Part shown: positions 35,893 to 45,343 of the stretch, one piece after another
Layout of the letters: each line of letters opens with the position of its first letter
Numbering within the stretch: the first letter of the stretch is position 1
From: Bdellovibrionaceae bacterium UBA2339
Lineage (GTDB): Bacteria; Bdellovibrionota; Bdellovibrionia; Bdellovibrionales; JAMPXM01
Direction: 5' to 3'
NCBI GenBank assembly: GCA_002344785.1
Contig: DDUL01000047.1
Coordinates: 2,247 to 66,246 of the forward strand
Length of the DNA stretch: 64,000 bases
Made by a program: the position numbers and the translations under genes
The notes under the pieces: generated by a model
What the model was told of the DNA's origin: nothing
What the model saw: only the letters and a program-made list of their open reading frames with translations
Databases searched by the model: none

Positions 35893-36043
35893 GCGAACTC
35901 CCTTCCTCTAGTCTAGACACTCCGCCGGGCCGAAGGGGAAAAAGCTCGGTCTGTCAGCCGCGAGCGACGTCCTGAAAGCCGCTCTGGTGGCGGATTTCAT
36001 GGCGCGCCTATGCAGTTGTTTCAATTTGAGACGGGAATAGTGG

Positions 36044-36277
36044 CTATGGATTTCGGCTCTTCGAAGCCTCAGTTGCTGGGGCTGGGGTCTCGGCGGGAGG
36101 GGTGGTCGAAGTGGCCTCATGAGTTTCGCCGCGGTGGGCGCGCTCGGCTTCCAGGGCGACTTTACCGGTGATGCCGACCCACTCAGGAAACAGCAGCATG
36201 ATGACGATGTACGCCACAATGCCGAGTACAAAAACAATTCCGCCGGCGATGATGACCCACTGACTTGAATCTTCCAT
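36044..36277 (-). CDS. Small single-TM membrane protein
   Basis: 77 aa with a TM (WVIIAGGIVFVLGIVAYIVIMLLF) and a Pro/Thr/Ala-rich tail. Confidence 0.4.
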   Translation of the reverse strand: MEDSSQWVIIAGGIVFVLGIVAYIVIMLLFPEWVGITGKVALEAERAHRGETHEATSTTPPAETPAPATEASKSRNP

Positions 36278-36361
36278 GCGAGCGATCCTAGCTGAAAATC
36301 ACATCGAGGTCTGCATGAACCTCGTGCCGCCCAGAAAATTTACTTGGCCTTGATCTTGAGC

Positions 36362-36940
36362 CTAGGCCGTGGCGCGCTTGGGCTTTTTGGTCGCGGGTTT
36401 CTTTTTCTTCTTTGAGGGCGCGGACTTTTTGCCTTCGCCTTTAGTCTTTGCGGTGCTTGCGGATTTCTTTCCCGCAGTCGCCGATGCGCGTGCGGGTGTG
36501 ACGGCCTTTGCCGCCATGAGGTGAGCGACACTTTCTTTGAGCGTGGCCTCGTCGATGGAGTGTGAGCTGGGCGAGGGCTTCACCGTCATGCTGCGTGGTT
36601 TTTGCCCGGAAGTGAAAACACTCACACGATTGAGATCGCCATCGAGCATTCCCGGGCAGTGCACGACGAGGCTTTCGCCCTCGGGACTTTGTAAGCGGTA
36701 AGCGCGAACCAAGTCGCCGTTGGCAATGCTTTCGGGTGTGCAATAGATCCGCGCATCCCATTCGCGGCCATGCACGCGAAGCTTGTTGTCGTCGATGTGC
36801 TCGATGAGAAGCGAGGTGTCTTCGATCGGCTCGAGGTTTTCGAGGCTCAGTGCCTGCGGATTGAGGACCAACGACGATGTGATCATCGCCAACACAAAGT
36901 TGCGCCAAGCATGTGGGGGTAAATTTACCGAGCGTGACAT
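36362..36940 (-). CDS. Exported protein with a Lys/Ala-rich (histone-H1-like) C-terminal tail
   Basis: 192 aa with an N-terminal hydrophobic segment (FVLAMITSSLVL). The C-terminal roughly 50 aa read ARASATAGKKSASTAKTKGEGKKSAPSKKKKKPATKKPKRATA. Confidence 0.45.
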   Translation of the reverse strand: MSRSVNLPPHAWRNFVLAMITSSLVLNPQALSLENLEPIEDTSLLIEHIDDNKLRVHGREWDARIYCTPESIANGDLVRAYRLQSPEGESLVVHCPGMLDGDLNRVSVFTSGQKPRSMTVKPSPSSHSIDEATLKESVAHLMAAKAVTPARASATAGKKSASTAKTKGEGKKSAPSKKKKKPATKKPKRATA

Positions 36941-37041
36941 AATTCCTCGCGTTGGCTTGGGTGAGTTTCAGCTCACATGATCGAGAAGAATTTGTCGAGG
37001 TCGCTTGACCGGATTGAGCGCGAGGCGCGACAAAGGTCGAT

Positions 37042-37410
37042 ATGGCCATTCTCGTCTATCAATACCCGGCGTGCAGCACTTGTCGAAAGGCGCTGCAATT
37101 TCTAAACACTCACTCGATCAAGTTTGAAACGCGACACATCGTGGAGTCGCCGCCCTCGATTGGGGAACTCACTCAAGCATTGGCGTTGCTTCGATCCGAA
37201 GACGGCGATCTCAAGAATCTGTTCAACACGTCCGGCGAGTTGTACCGAGAGATGAAAGTCGCCGAGAAGTTGAAGAGCGGAATGAAAGACGAAGAAGCCC
37301 TGAAGCTCTTGGCCGCCCATGGAAAGCTCATCAAGCGCCCCTTGGTGATCGGACCCAAATGGGTGTTGGTGGGTTTTCGAGAAGAGGCATGGTCCAGGCG
37401 CCTTTTGTAG
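37042..37410 (+). CDS. ArsC/Spx/MgsR-family (YffB-like) thioredoxin-fold protein
   Basis: 122 aa. The N-terminus is ILVYQYPACSTCRKALQFL. NTSGELYRE and LIKRPLV are family hallmarks. Confidence 0.75.
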   Translation: MAILVYQYPACSTCRKALQFLNTHSIKFETRHIVESPPSIGELTQALALLRSEDGDLKNLFNTSGELYREMKVAEKLKSGMKDEEALKLLAAHGKLIKRPLVIGPKWVLVGFREEAWSRRLL

Positions 37411-37504
37411 CTCGCGAGGTTGAAAATTGTAAGATCTTGTTTCGCCGCCATCTCGACCTATCGCAGTCTCAATCGATCTGCGTAGCATGAGGCTGAGGTG
37501 AAGC

Positions 37505-38554
37505 ATGTTACTGAGGCGCGATCAAAGTCAGCGGCTGAATCGAACAAATCGGAAGCCTGGGCAAAGGCTGCGACTTTCAATTGTCGTCGCAGCAGTCCTC
37601 GGATTCAGCGCACTGGCCTCTGTTTCAGCGCATGCTCTGGGATATGGCGATCCGATTTTTGTGTCTTCAACCGCGCTCACGCAGGTCTTTCCAACTGAAG
37701 AGATGCGGATCCAGCCGGATTTCGCTTCGCAATTGCAGATGAAAGTCTCACCGTTTCGCTTTCAACTCAATGCCAGCGAGATCCACAGCGATGATCCCAG
37801 TCAGGCGCAGGGCGCGGGACTGGTGATGTCGGCGGTGTGGACGCTTCGACAAACTGAACGGGCGGCCTATGGCTTCGGTTTGGCGTTTGCGGGATTCTCG
37901 GGTGCGGGTCCATCGCTACTGCTTGTTGCGGGCTCGCCGCTGGAGCAGTTTACGGCTGATGCCAAGCAAAGTGGCATGGTGGCGGCGCTCACAGCCAACA
38001 TGGATCTGACTCGCGCATGGGAGTCGTGGAATCTTCCGATGTTCATCGGTTTGTCATTCAATCATCTCGCATCGCAGGCGCAAGCCGACTTTGTGTCGGT
38101 GGATCGAGATGGTCTCAATGCCAGTATGCCCTTTGGCGCGGTGAACGTGAAACGTGATTCGAAGCTGACCGGGGTGGGTTTGTTTACCGGCATCGGATCG
38201 CAGTTTAAGATCTTCGACGACTTATTGCGACTTACGCCGTTTGCGATGATCTCAGTTCCGGTGCAAAAGCCACAGGAAGACATCGTGCTGTCCGACACGC
38301 GCTTCACGAGCCGCGTTCCTTTGCACGACACCAAGCCCTTCATTCCTATTTACGGAGCCGAGGTGAGCCTGCCGAAGTGGGGCTTGTCGTTTTTGTGGAC
38401 TCCGGCACGCTTGGCTCAAGGTGTAAGTGTGACGACGATGTCATGGACCAAGTCGTGGGATTTTCCGAGCCCCTCGCGCGAAGCCTCGACTTCCGGCGAA
38501 GCTTCGCCAGCGTCGCCCGCGGCGCCGGCGGGCGAAGCGCTGACGGCACCATAA
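37505..38554 (+). CDS. Hypothetical exported protein, possibly an outer-membrane beta-barrel
   Basis: 349 aa with a signal peptide (IVVAAVLGFSALASVSAHA), beta-strand periodicity and a Ser/Pro/Ala-rich tail. Confidence 0.4.
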   Translation: MLLRRDQSQRLNRTNRKPGQRLRLSIVVAAVLGFSALASVSAHALGYGDPIFVSSTALTQVFPTEEMRIQPDFASQLQMKVSPFRFQLNASEIHSDDPSQAQGAGLVMSAVWTLRQTERAAYGFGLAFAGFSGAGPSLLLVAGSPLEQFTADAKQSGMVAALTANMDLTRAWESWNLPMFIGLSFNHLASQAQADFVSVDRDGLNASMPFGAVNVKRDSKLTGVGLFTGIGSQFKIFDDLLRLTPFAMISVPVQKPQEDIVLSDTRFTSRVPLHDTKPFIPIYGAEVSLPKWGLSFLWTPARLAQGVSVTTMSWTKSWDFPSPSREASTSGEASPASPAAPAGEALTAP

Positions 38555-38602
38555 AGGAAAAAATCTTTTGGATTTCAAGTCCGCGCATGTGAGCGTTGGG
38601 GA

Positions 38603-40126
38603 ATGGCAATCTTCAATCGGCTCAAGCAAGCTGTCTTAGGCAACATCAAAAGACTTGTCCGACGAGTGGCTTGGACTCTGCTCATTGGCATCGTGGGAAC
38701 CTATATTGTGGTGGCGATGGGGCTTGCGATCCTCAAGTTTTGGCCGGCCCCTGAGTTTCATGTGGAAGAGGCGCTGACGGCGAACTCACAGAGTCCGCAT
38801 CGCATTCGACTTCTCGCTAAGGGTGAGGACAGTTTGCGAGCGCGCTTGGCGATGATTCGCTCGGCGAAGCAGAGTTTGGAACTTGAGTTCTTCATTTACA
38901 ATGTCGATGAGGCGAGTCGACTCCTGACTCGCGCCCTGATCGAACGCGCGCAGGCCGGAGTGAAGATCCGCGTGCTCGTGGACTTTTCTGCACCCGTATT
39001 CCAGTTGCAGCCGATTTATGCTCGGCATCTGCGCGCTCATGGCATTGAGGTGCGCTACTACAACACCAGCGCCAATTACCGTATCGTGAGTTTGCAACAT
39101 CGAAGTCATCGTAAGCTGCTCATTGCCGATGCGCATGCGGTGATCACCGGTGGACGCAATATTGGCGATGAGTATTTTGATTTGCACCCGAAATTCAACT
39201 TCCTCGATAGTGATGTTGAATTGGCCGGGCCGATTGTGGAGCGCATTCGCGAAAGCTTTGATCTCTATTGGACTTCGGATTTCAGTTCAGAGCCGCCGCA
39301 AATCGCGGTGCCGCTTTCAAGCGAAGAGTTGCAGACGGTGCAGAAGCTCTTTGCCGAACAAGGTCGTGATGCTGAGTTGCGCGCGCACTTTGATCCAGCG
39401 CCAGCGCCAGCGCCAGAACCAGCACCAGCACAGGGAGCAGCACTTCAAGTTGATCCCCCCAGGGGCCCCAAAGCTCACGCCTGCGAAGATCTGAGCTTTG
39501 TGACCGACTACCCTGCTCAAGGAGAAAACCAACGTCAGGTCTTCACTCGCTTGGTGGAGGAGTTGGGAAAGGCCGAAGAGGAAATCGTCGGCGAAAGCCC
39601 CTACTTTGTGATTCGCGAAGGAGGGCACGCCGCGCTCAAGCAAGTGATTGCACGGGGCGTGAAGTTGAAGGTGTTGACCAATAGCTTGGGTTCGACGGAT
39701 GCGTTCTACACGGTTTCGGCGTTGGCCTCGCGCATGGATTGGATCGCGGATTCGGGGATTGAGTTGTGGGCCTACGATGGTCGAAGCTTGCCAGAAGTTT
39801 CCAGCCAACAGTGGACGACTTCGCATCGCTGGGGGCTGCACTCCAAGCGCGCGGTGATCGATCGAAAGCATGTGCTCATCGGCACCTACAATGTGGATCC
39901 GCGTTCGGCGAACTTGAATTCAGAATTGATACTGATCTGTCGCAATCAGCCGGAGTTTGCGGCTGAAGTTCTGGCCGACCTCGAACTTCGTCTGGGTCAG
40001 TCCCAGAAAGTGATGGGCGACGGTTCATGGCAGTTGATGCCTTTGATTCAGGACGCCAGCGGGACACAAGTGCTCATGAGTATCTTGTCATTGCCGCTGG
40101 TCCGGATGTTTGATTTCCTATTGTAG
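38603..40126 (+). CDS. Phospholipase D-family protein (two HKD motifs; cardiolipin-synthase-like)
   Basis: HKD motif 1 is HRKLLIADAHAVITGGRNIGDEY. HKD motif 2 is HSKRAVIDRKHVLIGTYNVDPRS. There is an N-terminal TM helix. Confidence 0.85.
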   Translation: MAIFNRLKQAVLGNIKRLVRRVAWTLLIGIVGTYIVVAMGLAILKFWPAPEFHVEEALTANSQSPHRIRLLAKGEDSLRARLAMIRSAKQSLELEFFIYNVDEASRLLTRALIERAQAGVKIRVLVDFSAPVFQLQPIYARHLRAHGIEVRYYNTSANYRIVSLQHRSHRKLLIADAHAVITGGRNIGDEYFDLHPKFNFLDSDVELAGPIVERIRESFDLYWTSDFSSEPPQIAVPLSSEELQTVQKLFAEQGRDAELRAHFDPAPAPAPEPAPAQGAALQVDPPRGPKAHACEDLSFVTDYPAQGENQRQVFTRLVEELGKAEEEIVGESPYFVIREGGHAALKQVIARGVKLKVLTNSLGSTDAFYTVSALASRMDWIADSGIELWAYDGRSLPEVSSQQWTTSHRWGLHSKRAVIDRKHVLIGTYNVDPRSANLNSELILICRNQPEFAAEVLADLELRLGQSQKVMGDGSWQLMPLIQDASGTQVLMSILSLPLVRMFDFLL

Positions 40127-40163
40127 TAGCTCTGAATCAGGGCGAGAAAGGCCCGTGGCGGGT

Positions 40164-40901
40164 ATGGCGAAAGCGCCGATTCGATTATTAGTTGTCGAAG
40201 ATGAAGTCGAACTGCTCGATGTCGTGTCACGGCTTTTCACCTCACTCGGATTTCAAGTCAAAGTCGCCAGCGACGGCCAAGCCGCCTGGGGACTGTGCGA
40301 GTCGGAAGACTTCGACATTGTTCTGAGCGATGTGCGTATGCGGGGGCTCAACGGACTTGAATTGCTCAAACGCCTCAAGGCTCGCAACGCGGATCGACCC
40401 AAAGTCGTGATGATGTCGGGTTATAGCGATATTCCGATCTCAAAATTTTACGCCGAAGGCGCCGACGGATTTTTCGAAAAGCCCTTTAGCTCGGAGTCTG
40501 TGCGGCAGTTTCTGATCGACGGCCTCGTGCCGAGTTTTGAAAGATGGGCGAAGTACAATCGTAAACCCGCCTCGGAGCGCGTGAGTTTCACCTTTCGATC
40601 TTTTGATGAAGCGCTTCGAACGCGAAGCCTCAAGGCCGGGCGCCAAGGTTTCTTTCAGCCGAGCGACGCGCAGCTGCCGATGCTGGGCACATTTGTGGAT
40701 TTCGAGTTTCACTTTCGCGACTCACCTGGGCTTGAGAAGATCGAGGGCCAAGGCATCGTGAGGTTTCACCAGTCGGGTGAGGCGCCTCAGACGCTCGCGG
40801 GATTCGGCGTGGAGATCTTGCAACTTGAGTTGAGCGTCGGAAAGAAGTGGGTTGAGCATGTTCGCGATTGGGGAATCGTTGCGAGCATTCCCGAGTCATG
40901 A
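40164..40901 (+). CDS. Response regulator: receiver domain fused to a PilZ-like C-terminal domain
   Basis: I prefer the start at ATG 40164 (MAKAPIRLLVVEDE). The receiver has DIVLSDVRMRGLNG and KPF. The C-terminal beta-barrel-like region (LPMLGTFVDFEFHF, GQGIVRF, GFGVEIL) resembles PilZ/TIGR02266. The RxxxR and D/NxSxxG c-di-GMP motifs are not intact. Confidence 0.65.
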   Translation: MAKAPIRLLVVEDEVELLDVVSRLFTSLGFQVKVASDGQAAWGLCESEDFDIVLSDVRMRGLNGLELLKRLKARNADRPKVVMMSGYSDIPISKFYAEGADGFFEKPFSSESVRQFLIDGLVPSFERWAKYNRKPASERVSFTFRSFDEALRTRSLKAGRQGFFQPSDAQLPMLGTFVDFEFHFRDSPGLEKIEGQGIVRFHQSGEAPQTLAGFGVEILQLELSVGKKWVEHVRDWGIVASIPES

Positions 40902-40925
40902 TGAGAAATCAGCAGACACTCAGTC

Positions 40926-41264
40926 TCAGCTTGCAGTGAGCTTCAATCCCAAAATCGACACCACGAGAAGAAGCATGAAGCCGACACGTGCCAATGAGGC
41001 AGGTTCCTGAAACAAGAAAACGCCGAGTACGGCAGTTCCCAACGCGCCAATGCCAACCCAAACCGCATAGGCTGTGCCGATCGGTAGCGTCTGTGCCGCA
41101 CGCGCCAGAAGAAACATGCTGAGGGCAAGCGCCGCGAGAGTCGCAAGGCTCGGAGCCAAGCGTTTGAATCCGTCGGTGTACTTCAGTCCAATTGCCCAAG
41201 CGATTTCCAAAAATCCCGCAGCGAAAAGATAGACCCAAGCTTTTTGCATCGTCGGCATTTCCAT
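40926..41264 (-). CDS. sugE: SMR-family transporter SugE/Gdx (guanidinium exporter type)
   Basis: It aligns along its whole length with E. coli SugE as I recall it: AGFLEIAWAIGLKYTDGF.RL, LPIGTAYAVWVGIGALGTA, LGLKL. GAGG lies 8 nt upstream of ATG 41264. Confidence 0.85.
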   Translation of the reverse strand: MEMPTMQKAWVYLFAAGFLEIAWAIGLKYTDGFKRLAPSLATLAALALSMFLLARAAQTLPIGTAYAVWVGIGALGTAVLGVFLFQEPASLARVGFMLLLVVSILGLKLTAS

Positions 41265-41404
41265 ATCTTGTCCTCTTCATCGCGACTCAAGTCGTGATTG
41301 TGTCTGAACTGTTTTGTGGAGGCATGCCGAGAAGTCAAGGTGAGGTCGAGGGCAGCTTGCCGGGCTTTGGGCGCGAGTCTCACACTGAAGACTCGGAGGC
41401 TGAG

Positions 41405-42142
41405 ATGGCAAATATCATATCGAATCTATGGGCGATCCTAAGATCGAATTTCGAGTCCTCGCGGCGAATGCATCAGTTGCTGCTCGGAGCTTTGCTGATC
41501 ACGGGTGGCGTGTTCGGCGAACAGACGGTCGCGGCCAAAGAAGTTCCGGCGCAAGGCCGAGTCTTCGCAGGTCTGTCGCAAGTCAAACCGACTCAGTTCA
41601 ACGATGAAATGCGAGCCCAAGGACTTAAAGAGCTTACGCAAGCCGGAATGTTCGGGGCCGAGATCACATTCCCGATGCTCAAGATCTTTGAATTGGGAAT
41701 GAGCTACACGCGACGGCCTTTGTTTCTTGATGAGAAAGACTCGGTGCAAAGTACGGAGTATGAGGCCAGCCTCACTCAAGACGCCGTCTTCGGCGTGGCG
41801 CGCGTGGCCTTCTTTAAAACTCCTTGGCTTCGTGCCGATGTGTTCGGCGCAGTAGGCGGCGCCAATACCAGCATCAAAATCAAGACGGCTACGCAAGACG
41901 GAGAGTTGGCCAAGAAAGAAGCCAATGATTGGTTCGCAACCTTGGTCACACGCGCTGGAGCTTCAGTCGGCGTCGGCTATAATCAAGTCTTCTTCTATGT
42001 TGAAGGCGGGTATGAAACCAACAAAGTGGATTCCTTCAAACGAACTGGCAACTTAAATGGTAACATTCAAAGTTTGGATCTGAGCGGCAGCTATGTGTCC
42101 ATTGGCTTGATGTTCGATGGCGTCAAGGCGACGCGAAACTAA
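41405..42142 (+). CDS. Outer-membrane beta-barrel protein (small OMP, unknown function)
   Basis: The track ORF (from 41192) is over-extended. ATG 41405 has GGAGG 5 nt upstream. It has a signal-like segment (LLLGALLITGGVFGEQTVAA) and alternating strands including GASVGVGYNQVFFYVEGGYE and SGSYVSIGLMF. Confidence 0.5.
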   Translation: MANIISNLWAILRSNFESSRRMHQLLLGALLITGGVFGEQTVAAKEVPAQGRVFAGLSQVKPTQFNDEMRAQGLKELTQAGMFGAEITFPMLKIFELGMSYTRRPLFLDEKDSVQSTEYEASLTQDAVFGVARVAFFKTPWLRADVFGAVGGANTSIKIKTATQDGELAKKEANDWFATLVTRAGASVGVGYNQVFFYVEGGYETNKVDSFKRTGNLNGNIQSLDLSGSYVSIGLMFDGVKATRN

Positions 42143-43215
42143 GCCTTGGGCAGCGCCATCAAAAAGCTGGGGCGCTTCGCTTTAGAGTCGTACTTCAATT
42201 CACCGCCATGCGCCTCGGCAATGGTTTTGGCCACCAGCAAGCCAAAGCCCATGCCTCCTACAGCAAGGCGAGTCGATTTCGGTTGAAAGAGCTTTCTTTG
42301 TTCTGGTTCAGAGAGGGCTTGGCCGCTGTTTTCCACGCGTAGAATCCACATGGCGCCCTCAAGTTGCGCGCGAATCGAAATCTCGGCCTGAGGGATTTTG
42401 TTCTCCTCAATGTGCTCGGCGGCATTGCGAAGCAAGTTGATAAACAAGTGCGAGAGCAAGCCCGCCGATCCCCGCACTTGCATTGTCGGCTCAAGCTCAC
42501 ATTTGAACTGAACATTCGGATACATGCGTTCGTGTAAACTGACGACTTCGCCGATCAGTGGGCGAAGCGCGATGTTTTGGTTCATCATTTCGGCGTTGGA
42601 CTCTTCGTTTCGCGCCAGTCGCGCAAAGAACTGCATGGTCTGATCTAGGCTTCCGATCGTGCGCAGAAGCCGAGCGGCTGGTTCAGGAGCAAGCTGTCCT
42701 TGCGCTCGCAGGAGATCGACTTCCAAATTCAATACCGTGAGCGGGGTCTTCACCTCATGCACCAACATGCCGGTGTAAAGTCCAAGTTGGCTGGATTTGA
42801 GCAGGGGGAAAAGTCGTTCATGCAACAGCAGTTCGCGCTGAGCAAACCAAGCCATCGCAAGACTCCATGTCAGAACATAGACGAGTCCCTTAGCGGATTG
42901 AGCCAATTGCGACTGTAGGGGATGAATGGCCTCGACCAAGGCATCGGTGATGAGAATCCATGAGATCGAATAAATCGCCGACACAAAGAACACCGAGGTG
43001 TTGAAGCGCCTGGATTCATCGCCATTGAGGAGTCGAATTTCACGCTGAACATACCAAGACAGCACGAGGCTTGAGGCCAATACAAAGAAAATGCCTTTGA
43101 GGTTCTGCAGTCGAAGCGCCGTCTCGCCAGCGAAGTAGTGATACACCAGAGCATCTGTACCGATGATCCAGGTTGCCGTGATGATGAGGCAGGTGAAGAA
43201 GATTCGAAGCTGCAT
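42139..43215 (-). CDS. Sensor histidine kinase with an internally duplicated 2-TM N-terminal module
   Basis: HisKA H-box LVHEVKTPLTVL, HATPase N-box LLRNAAEH and G-box GGMGFGLLVAKTIAEAHGG. The N-terminal repeats are W-I-(I/L)-x-TDALV ... KG(I/L)..VL...L...W..QRE(I/L).LL. Confidence 0.8.
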   Translation of the reverse strand: MQLRIFFTCLIITATWIIGTDALVYHYFAGETALRLQNLKGIFFVLASSLVLSWYVQREIRLLNGDESRRFNTSVFFVSAIYSISWILITDALVEAIHPLQSQLAQSAKGLVYVLTWSLAMAWFAQRELLLHERLFPLLKSSQLGLYTGMLVHEVKTPLTVLNLEVDLLRAQGQLAPEPAARLLRTIGSLDQTMQFFARLARNEESNAEMMNQNIALRPLIGEVVSLHERMYPNVQFKCELEPTMQVRGSAGLLSHLFINLLRNAAEHIEENKIPQAEISIRAQLEGAMWILRVENSGQALSEPEQRKLFQPKSTRLAVGGMGFGLLVAKTIAEAHGGELKYDSKAKRPSFLMALPKA

Positions 43216-43435
43216 TCCTACTTATCAAAGACGAATCTTTGTCGGTCGGGCAATGGATTCTTTGGATTCACTCGCTGTGCCGGACTATGGGCGCTGGCGG
43301 CCACTTGACCTTTACTCATGGAGCCTCAAGGTCAGGTTGAGGTTTGCCCTTTGTCCGATGAAGCTTTGATTAATCTGCTGAGGTAGAGGCTTCGGCCGTG
43401 TGACATTGTCGAATTTGGGCGTAGGCTGAAACTCA

Positions 43436-45319
43436 ATGCCAATCGCTACATCGCTCATCGCGCAGACACGTAATACCTTCTTCTGGGTCACGGACGAACA
43501 CGGTGTTTGCCGTTTTGCAAATGAGGCCTATGCCAAGCTCTTCGGTTTGGACTCGAAGCTTGTGTTGAGCAAGCGCTTGGATGAAATCTTCCCCAAGGAG
43601 TATGCCGAGGAGTATCAGCGCAATAATCTCAAGGTGATCCGCGAAGGCATCTACTTGCAGACCTACGAAATGGGACCAAGCCTTCGCGGCGGCGCCGAAG
43701 CTCATTATCTCGTCAATAAGTTCCCGGTGCAGATCGGCGATGAAGTTTGCTGTGGCGGCTTTGCGGTCGATGTGGAAGAGCTTTATAGCGAAAGCGAAAG
43801 TCGCTTGCGGGAGTTGAACAAGCTTTCGCAAGTCGCTGAGCGCACCACGAATGCGGTGATTCTCACGGATCCTGAAGTTCGAATCGAGTGGGTGAATCAA
43901 GGCTTCACGCGAATCACCGAATACACGCTGGATGAGGTCAAAGGTCGAAAGCCCTTTGAACTTTTGCATGGTCCGGAGACGGATGCCGAAGAAGTACGGC
44001 GCATTCGCGCAGGCTTGGAGCGCGGTGAAGGCTTCAACGCCACACTTGTGAACTACAGCAAATCCGGACGCAAGTTCTGGATGCAGATCGAGGCACGACC
44101 TTACTTCGATCAGCGCGGAAAAGTGCTCGGCTTTGTCGCCATCGAACAAGATGTCACAGAGCGAGTGAGTCTCACGGAGCAACTCATCCATACGGAGAGG
44201 CTCGCCAGTCTCGGCACACTGGCGGCGGGTGTGGCCCACGAGATCAATAACCCGCTAGCCGTCTTACGCAATGACCTTGAACTTCTCAAAGGCCGCTGCG
44301 ACTTGGATCTGACGCGATCCTTTGTGGCCATCGAGAGAATCGCCACCATCGTAAAGGGCCTTCGCGAGTATGCTCGGGTCGAGTCGAAGACCGACGAGAT
44401 GTTCTCGCCTTCGGAAGTCGTCTGTAGCACTTTGCAGTTTCTGGCGTCGCTGCTTGAAAAGCAGGGAATTGAAGTGCGGACCTCGCTGAGTGCGCAGGGC
44501 CTCGTGCAAGGTCACTCGAGCCGTTTCCAACAAGTGATCACCAACATCATCATCAATGCGCGCGATGCGCTGATGTCGACCACGGCCACATCGGCAGATT
44601 CGCCGTCGCCGGTGATCGAAGTCGCCGTAACGACGGCGGATGACGGTCGCGAATTTGAAGTTCGCATTCGCGACAATGGTCCCGGAATCGATAAGGCCAT
44701 CATGGCCCGAATTTTTGATCCCTTTTTCACCACCAAGGCACGGACACATGGCACCGGCATTGGACTTTCAATTTCTCAGTCGATCATTCGCGAAATGCAC
44801 GGAAGCATCACAGCCGCCAACATTCAGCCACAAGGCGCTGAGTTTTTGATTCGCCTGCCGCGCACCGAAGCGGCGGAGTCGAGTTTGCGGGATCCGCATG
44901 CGGTGCATGTTGCCGGTGGCCTCGAGGCGGGCGGCAACTCCAAGCCGGCTTCGCTCACTTTGCCTGCACTCAGGATTCTGCTGGTTGATGATGAGACCGC
45001 TCTGAGAAATTTGATCGCTCAGCATCTTTCGATGGTGGGTCCGAGCGTGAGCGAGGCCAAAAGCGGGAGTGAAGCCTTGCAACTTCTCGCCAGCGGCGAA
45101 TTTGATTTGTTGATCACGGATCACCTCATGTCGCAGATGACGGGCCTGCAACTCATCGAGACCGCACGTCAGCGCTTTCCGCGATTGCCTTGCATCTTGC
45201 TCACCGGCGGATTGATGGACGATGCGCAGATTCGTAGCCTCAACATCGGCTTTCTAGAAAAGCCCTTTGGGCCGGCGGATCTTGTGAAGGTGATTTTGGA
45301 GATGGGTATTAAGACTTGA
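43436..45319 (+). CDS. Hybrid sensor histidine kinase (two PAS domains + HisKA/HATPase + C-terminal receiver)
   Basis: PAS-like segments (NAVILTDPEVRIEWVNQGFTRITEYTLDEVKGRKP), H-box GVAHEINNPLAV, G-box GTGIGLSISQSII and a receiver (RILLVDDE...LLITDHLMSQMTG...EKPF). Confidence 0.85.
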   Translation: MPIATSLIAQTRNTFFWVTDEHGVCRFANEAYAKLFGLDSKLVLSKRLDEIFPKEYAEEYQRNNLKVIREGIYLQTYEMGPSLRGGAEAHYLVNKFPVQIGDEVCCGGFAVDVEELYSESESRLRELNKLSQVAERTTNAVILTDPEVRIEWVNQGFTRITEYTLDEVKGRKPFELLHGPETDAEEVRRIRAGLERGEGFNATLVNYSKSGRKFWMQIEARPYFDQRGKVLGFVAIEQDVTERVSLTEQLIHTERLASLGTLAAGVAHEINNPLAVLRNDLELLKGRCDLDLTRSFVAIERIATIVKGLREYARVESKTDEMFSPSEVVCSTLQFLASLLEKQGIEVRTSLSAQGLVQGHSSRFQQVITNIIINARDALMSTTATSADSPSPVIEVAVTTADDGREFEVRIRDNGPGIDKAIMARIFDPFFTTKARTHGTGIGLSISQSIIREMHGSITAANIQPQGAEFLIRLPRTEAAESSLRDPHAVHVAGGLEAGGNSKPASLTLPALRILLVDDETALRNLIAQHLSMVGPSVSEAKSGSEALQLLASGEFDLLITDHLMSQMTGLQLIETARQRFPRLPCILLTGGLMDDAQIRSLNIGFLEKPFGPADLVKVILEMGIKT

Positions 45320-45343
45320 GTGAGTCGCAGAGCCCAAGACTTC

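Noticed and set aside
41265-41404. Possible guanidine riboswitch upstream of sugE/gdx
   Set aside because: SugE/Gdx genes are often controlled by guanidine-I, -II or -III riboswitches, so I read the minus-strand leader. It has no ACGR-tetraloop hairpin pair (guanidine-II). It has no GGGUUCCG / GGUCCGAGAG / ACGGCGGGA...AAGCCCGGGAGA blocks (guanidine-I), only a chance AAAGCCCGG. It has no guanidine-III consensus. It contains only generic hairpins.
43433-44239. 268-aa ORF antisense to the hybrid histidine kinase
   Set aside because: The plus strand carries unmistakable PAS and HisKA motifs over the same span. The antisense product has no motif. It is the kind of long shadow ORF expected in GC-rich coding DNA.
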